A stretch of 64,000 nt of DNA from the human T2T-CHM13v2.0 reference genome, Homo sapiens. The stretch lies in the NCBI RefSeq assembly GCF_009914755.1, contig NC_060928.1. One strand, written 5' to 3'. Numbering within the stretch: the stretch's first letter is position 1; each line of letters begins with the position of its first letter. The translations under genes were made by a program, and so were the position numbers. Under the pieces are notes generated by a model. The model did not search any database, was not told the origin of the DNA, and saw nothing but the letters and a program-made list of their open reading frames with translations. Below, one piece after another: positions 61,231 through 64,000 of the stretch.

Positions 61231-61386
61231 CTCATCTCCTCTGAGTCCTGTCCCCAGGGCAAACTGCTGATTCCTCTCCAGGAAGCGGATTTTTACATTG
61301 TAGACTTTGTTCTCATAAAACACAGCCAAAACATAGGGCTCTTCCTTGGATTTTGTGGAACAATCTCGGACCAAGAAACTACCATC
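61231..61386 (-). CDS. CLNK: CLNK (MIST) penultimate coding exon, SH2 domain: [52 protein letters not shown]
   Basis: Manual translation: 156 nt, phase 0. Acceptor TCTTTTTGCTTCAG, donor GAG|GTGGGT. GSFLVRD is the SH2 FLVR signature of SLP-76/BLNK/CLNK-type adaptors. Confidence 0.92.
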
Positions 61387-61619
61387 CTGAAGCAAAAAGA
61401 GTAACAGTCATCTTTTCAGACACGCCAGCATTCTGCCCTTGTAATGGTGGCAACAATGATGTCTGCATGCATGAGATTCCCAGATGGATTTAGTTTTTGG
61501 TAAACCACTTTAATTCAGTAAGTTTTTACTGAGTGTCTGTATGCCTAAGGGTTCTTGTCACTTTCTGAGATGTGTACCAGTTGGATCTTGACACTCTCTT
61601 CTTGAAAGTCTTTCATCGA

Positions 61620-61930
<311 letters not shown>

Positions 61931-62106
61931 TCTTTCATCATTTCCTACTGACCTGGGCATAGTGCTCATGAACTTAGCATGACCAACCTATCTTGCAGTT
62001 TGATCTCTCATTGCTCCTGCAGCTTTCTGCCTCTGGCTCCTGGCTCCAGCCAAGCCACCATTTCCCAAAGGCACCATCTGCTTTGGGGCTCCCAGATTTT
62101 GCATGA

Positions 62107-62465
62107 TGTATTAGTCTGTTTTCACACTTCTATAAAGAAATACCTGAGACTGGGTAATTTATAAAGGAAAGAGGTTTAATTGACTCAGTTCCACATGGCT
62201 GGGGAAGCCTCAGGAAACTTATAATCAGGCGGAAGGCGAAGGGGAAGCAAGCTTGGACCTTCTCACATGGCAGCAGGAGAGAGCAGAGTGAGGAGTGAAG
62301 GGAGAGGAGCCCCTTATAAAACCATCCTATCTCATGAGAACTCACTCACTAGAACAGCATGGGGGAAACTGCCCCCAAGATCCAGGTCTCTCCCTAGACA
62401 CGTGGGGATTATGGGGATTACAATTCAAGATGAGATCTGTGTAGGGTCACAGACAAACCATGCCA
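62107..62465 (-). mobile_element. THE1D-like MaLR solo LTR
   Basis: TGTATTAGTCTGTTTTCACAC...GAGACTGGGTAATTTATAAAGGAAAGAGG...; 5-bp TSD CATGA/CATGT. Confidence 0.85.
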
Positions 62466-63154
62466 CATGTGCTACTCCTTCCTCATGGAAAAGCTCTTCT
62501 CCTGCCCCCTTCTTGATGTATTCATCTCTCAATGTTCACATATTTCCTCTTCTGCTTGATGCTCGGGTATTATTCTAGAGATAGTGGGAGCCACAGCAGG
62601 CTTTGAGCAGAAAAAACTTTTACCTAATAAATTGGACTTCTGTGTGGAAAGATGTCTATGCAGAATTAGGGTTCCTGAAAGAGACATGGGGCTTTTAAGT
62701 CATGGATATCAAACTGAATGGAGAGGCCCTTTACGGGAGGAGGAATTGTAGCCTATGTTGAGGTGAGGGCCAGTATAGGGCAAGGAAGCAAAGACAGAAA
62801 AGGCCCGGAGATGCCTGAAAGATGACGGAAGACCAGGAGATTCAGAGTGACAGAAGCCAAGAGGTGGAGACTGAGGGTTTCCAAAAGCGGGTCAACAGCA
62901 TTGAATGGTCCAAGAGCTGAGAACAGGACAATGATTAGAAATAATTTGTACACTCCAGAGAATAATTCAGAATGATACTAAGATCTGGTTGTAAAAGATT
63001 GAGAAATGGAGCAGTCCTCCTGAACGTGAACACATCTACCAGGCTTAGTTTTGTGGTTACATTGTGTTATTTATATAATGAAAAACACTGAAAAATCTGT
63101 AAGTGTAATTGTGTGTATTGTATAGATGGTTATAAGTGATCTATGAAGAATAGA

Positions 63155-63640
<486 letters not shown>

Positions 63641-63747
63641 AATTTAGAAATAATACTGTAACATGATAGTGATGTTATGATGATACTGGTAGCTAAGGTG
63701 CATTGAGATTTGCCAAGCACTTTACACACATTGTTTCATTTAGAGAC

Positions 63748-64000
<253 letters not shown>

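Overview
This is mammalian DNA, human or great-ape judging by the Alu, L1PA and THE1 content. By recognition it is the ZNF518B-CLNK interval. The minus strand carries ZNF518B: one 3.2-kb coding exon (ATG 6301, 1074 aa), two non-coding upstream exons inferred from consensus splice sites, a CpG-island promoter at about 16.5-17.7 kb, and a 3'UTR that probably runs off the window start. A second CpG island sits about 4 kb upstream. The minus strand also carries the last two coding exons of CLNK/MIST (SH2 domain; 61231-61386 and 50441-50587), which the ORF track misses, and a decayed processed pseudogene of RIDA/HRSP12 whose 5' end is locally duplicated. The rest is repeat-rich: about 30 Alus or Alu fragments, L1s, MaLR/ERV LTRs, MER DNA transposons and MIRs. 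Nearly all short ORFs in the track are repeat-derived or shadow ORFs. I see no convincing wholly new biological system. The best leads are a tandemly amplified triple CLEAR/MITF palindrome in the last CLNK intron, a 112-bp intronic duplicon with a conserved hairpin in ZNF518B, a dense uORF array ending in a stop/start overlap at the ZNF518B ATG, and several unusual inverted-Alu rearrangements. Repeat subfamily names are from memory of consensus sequences and were not computed.
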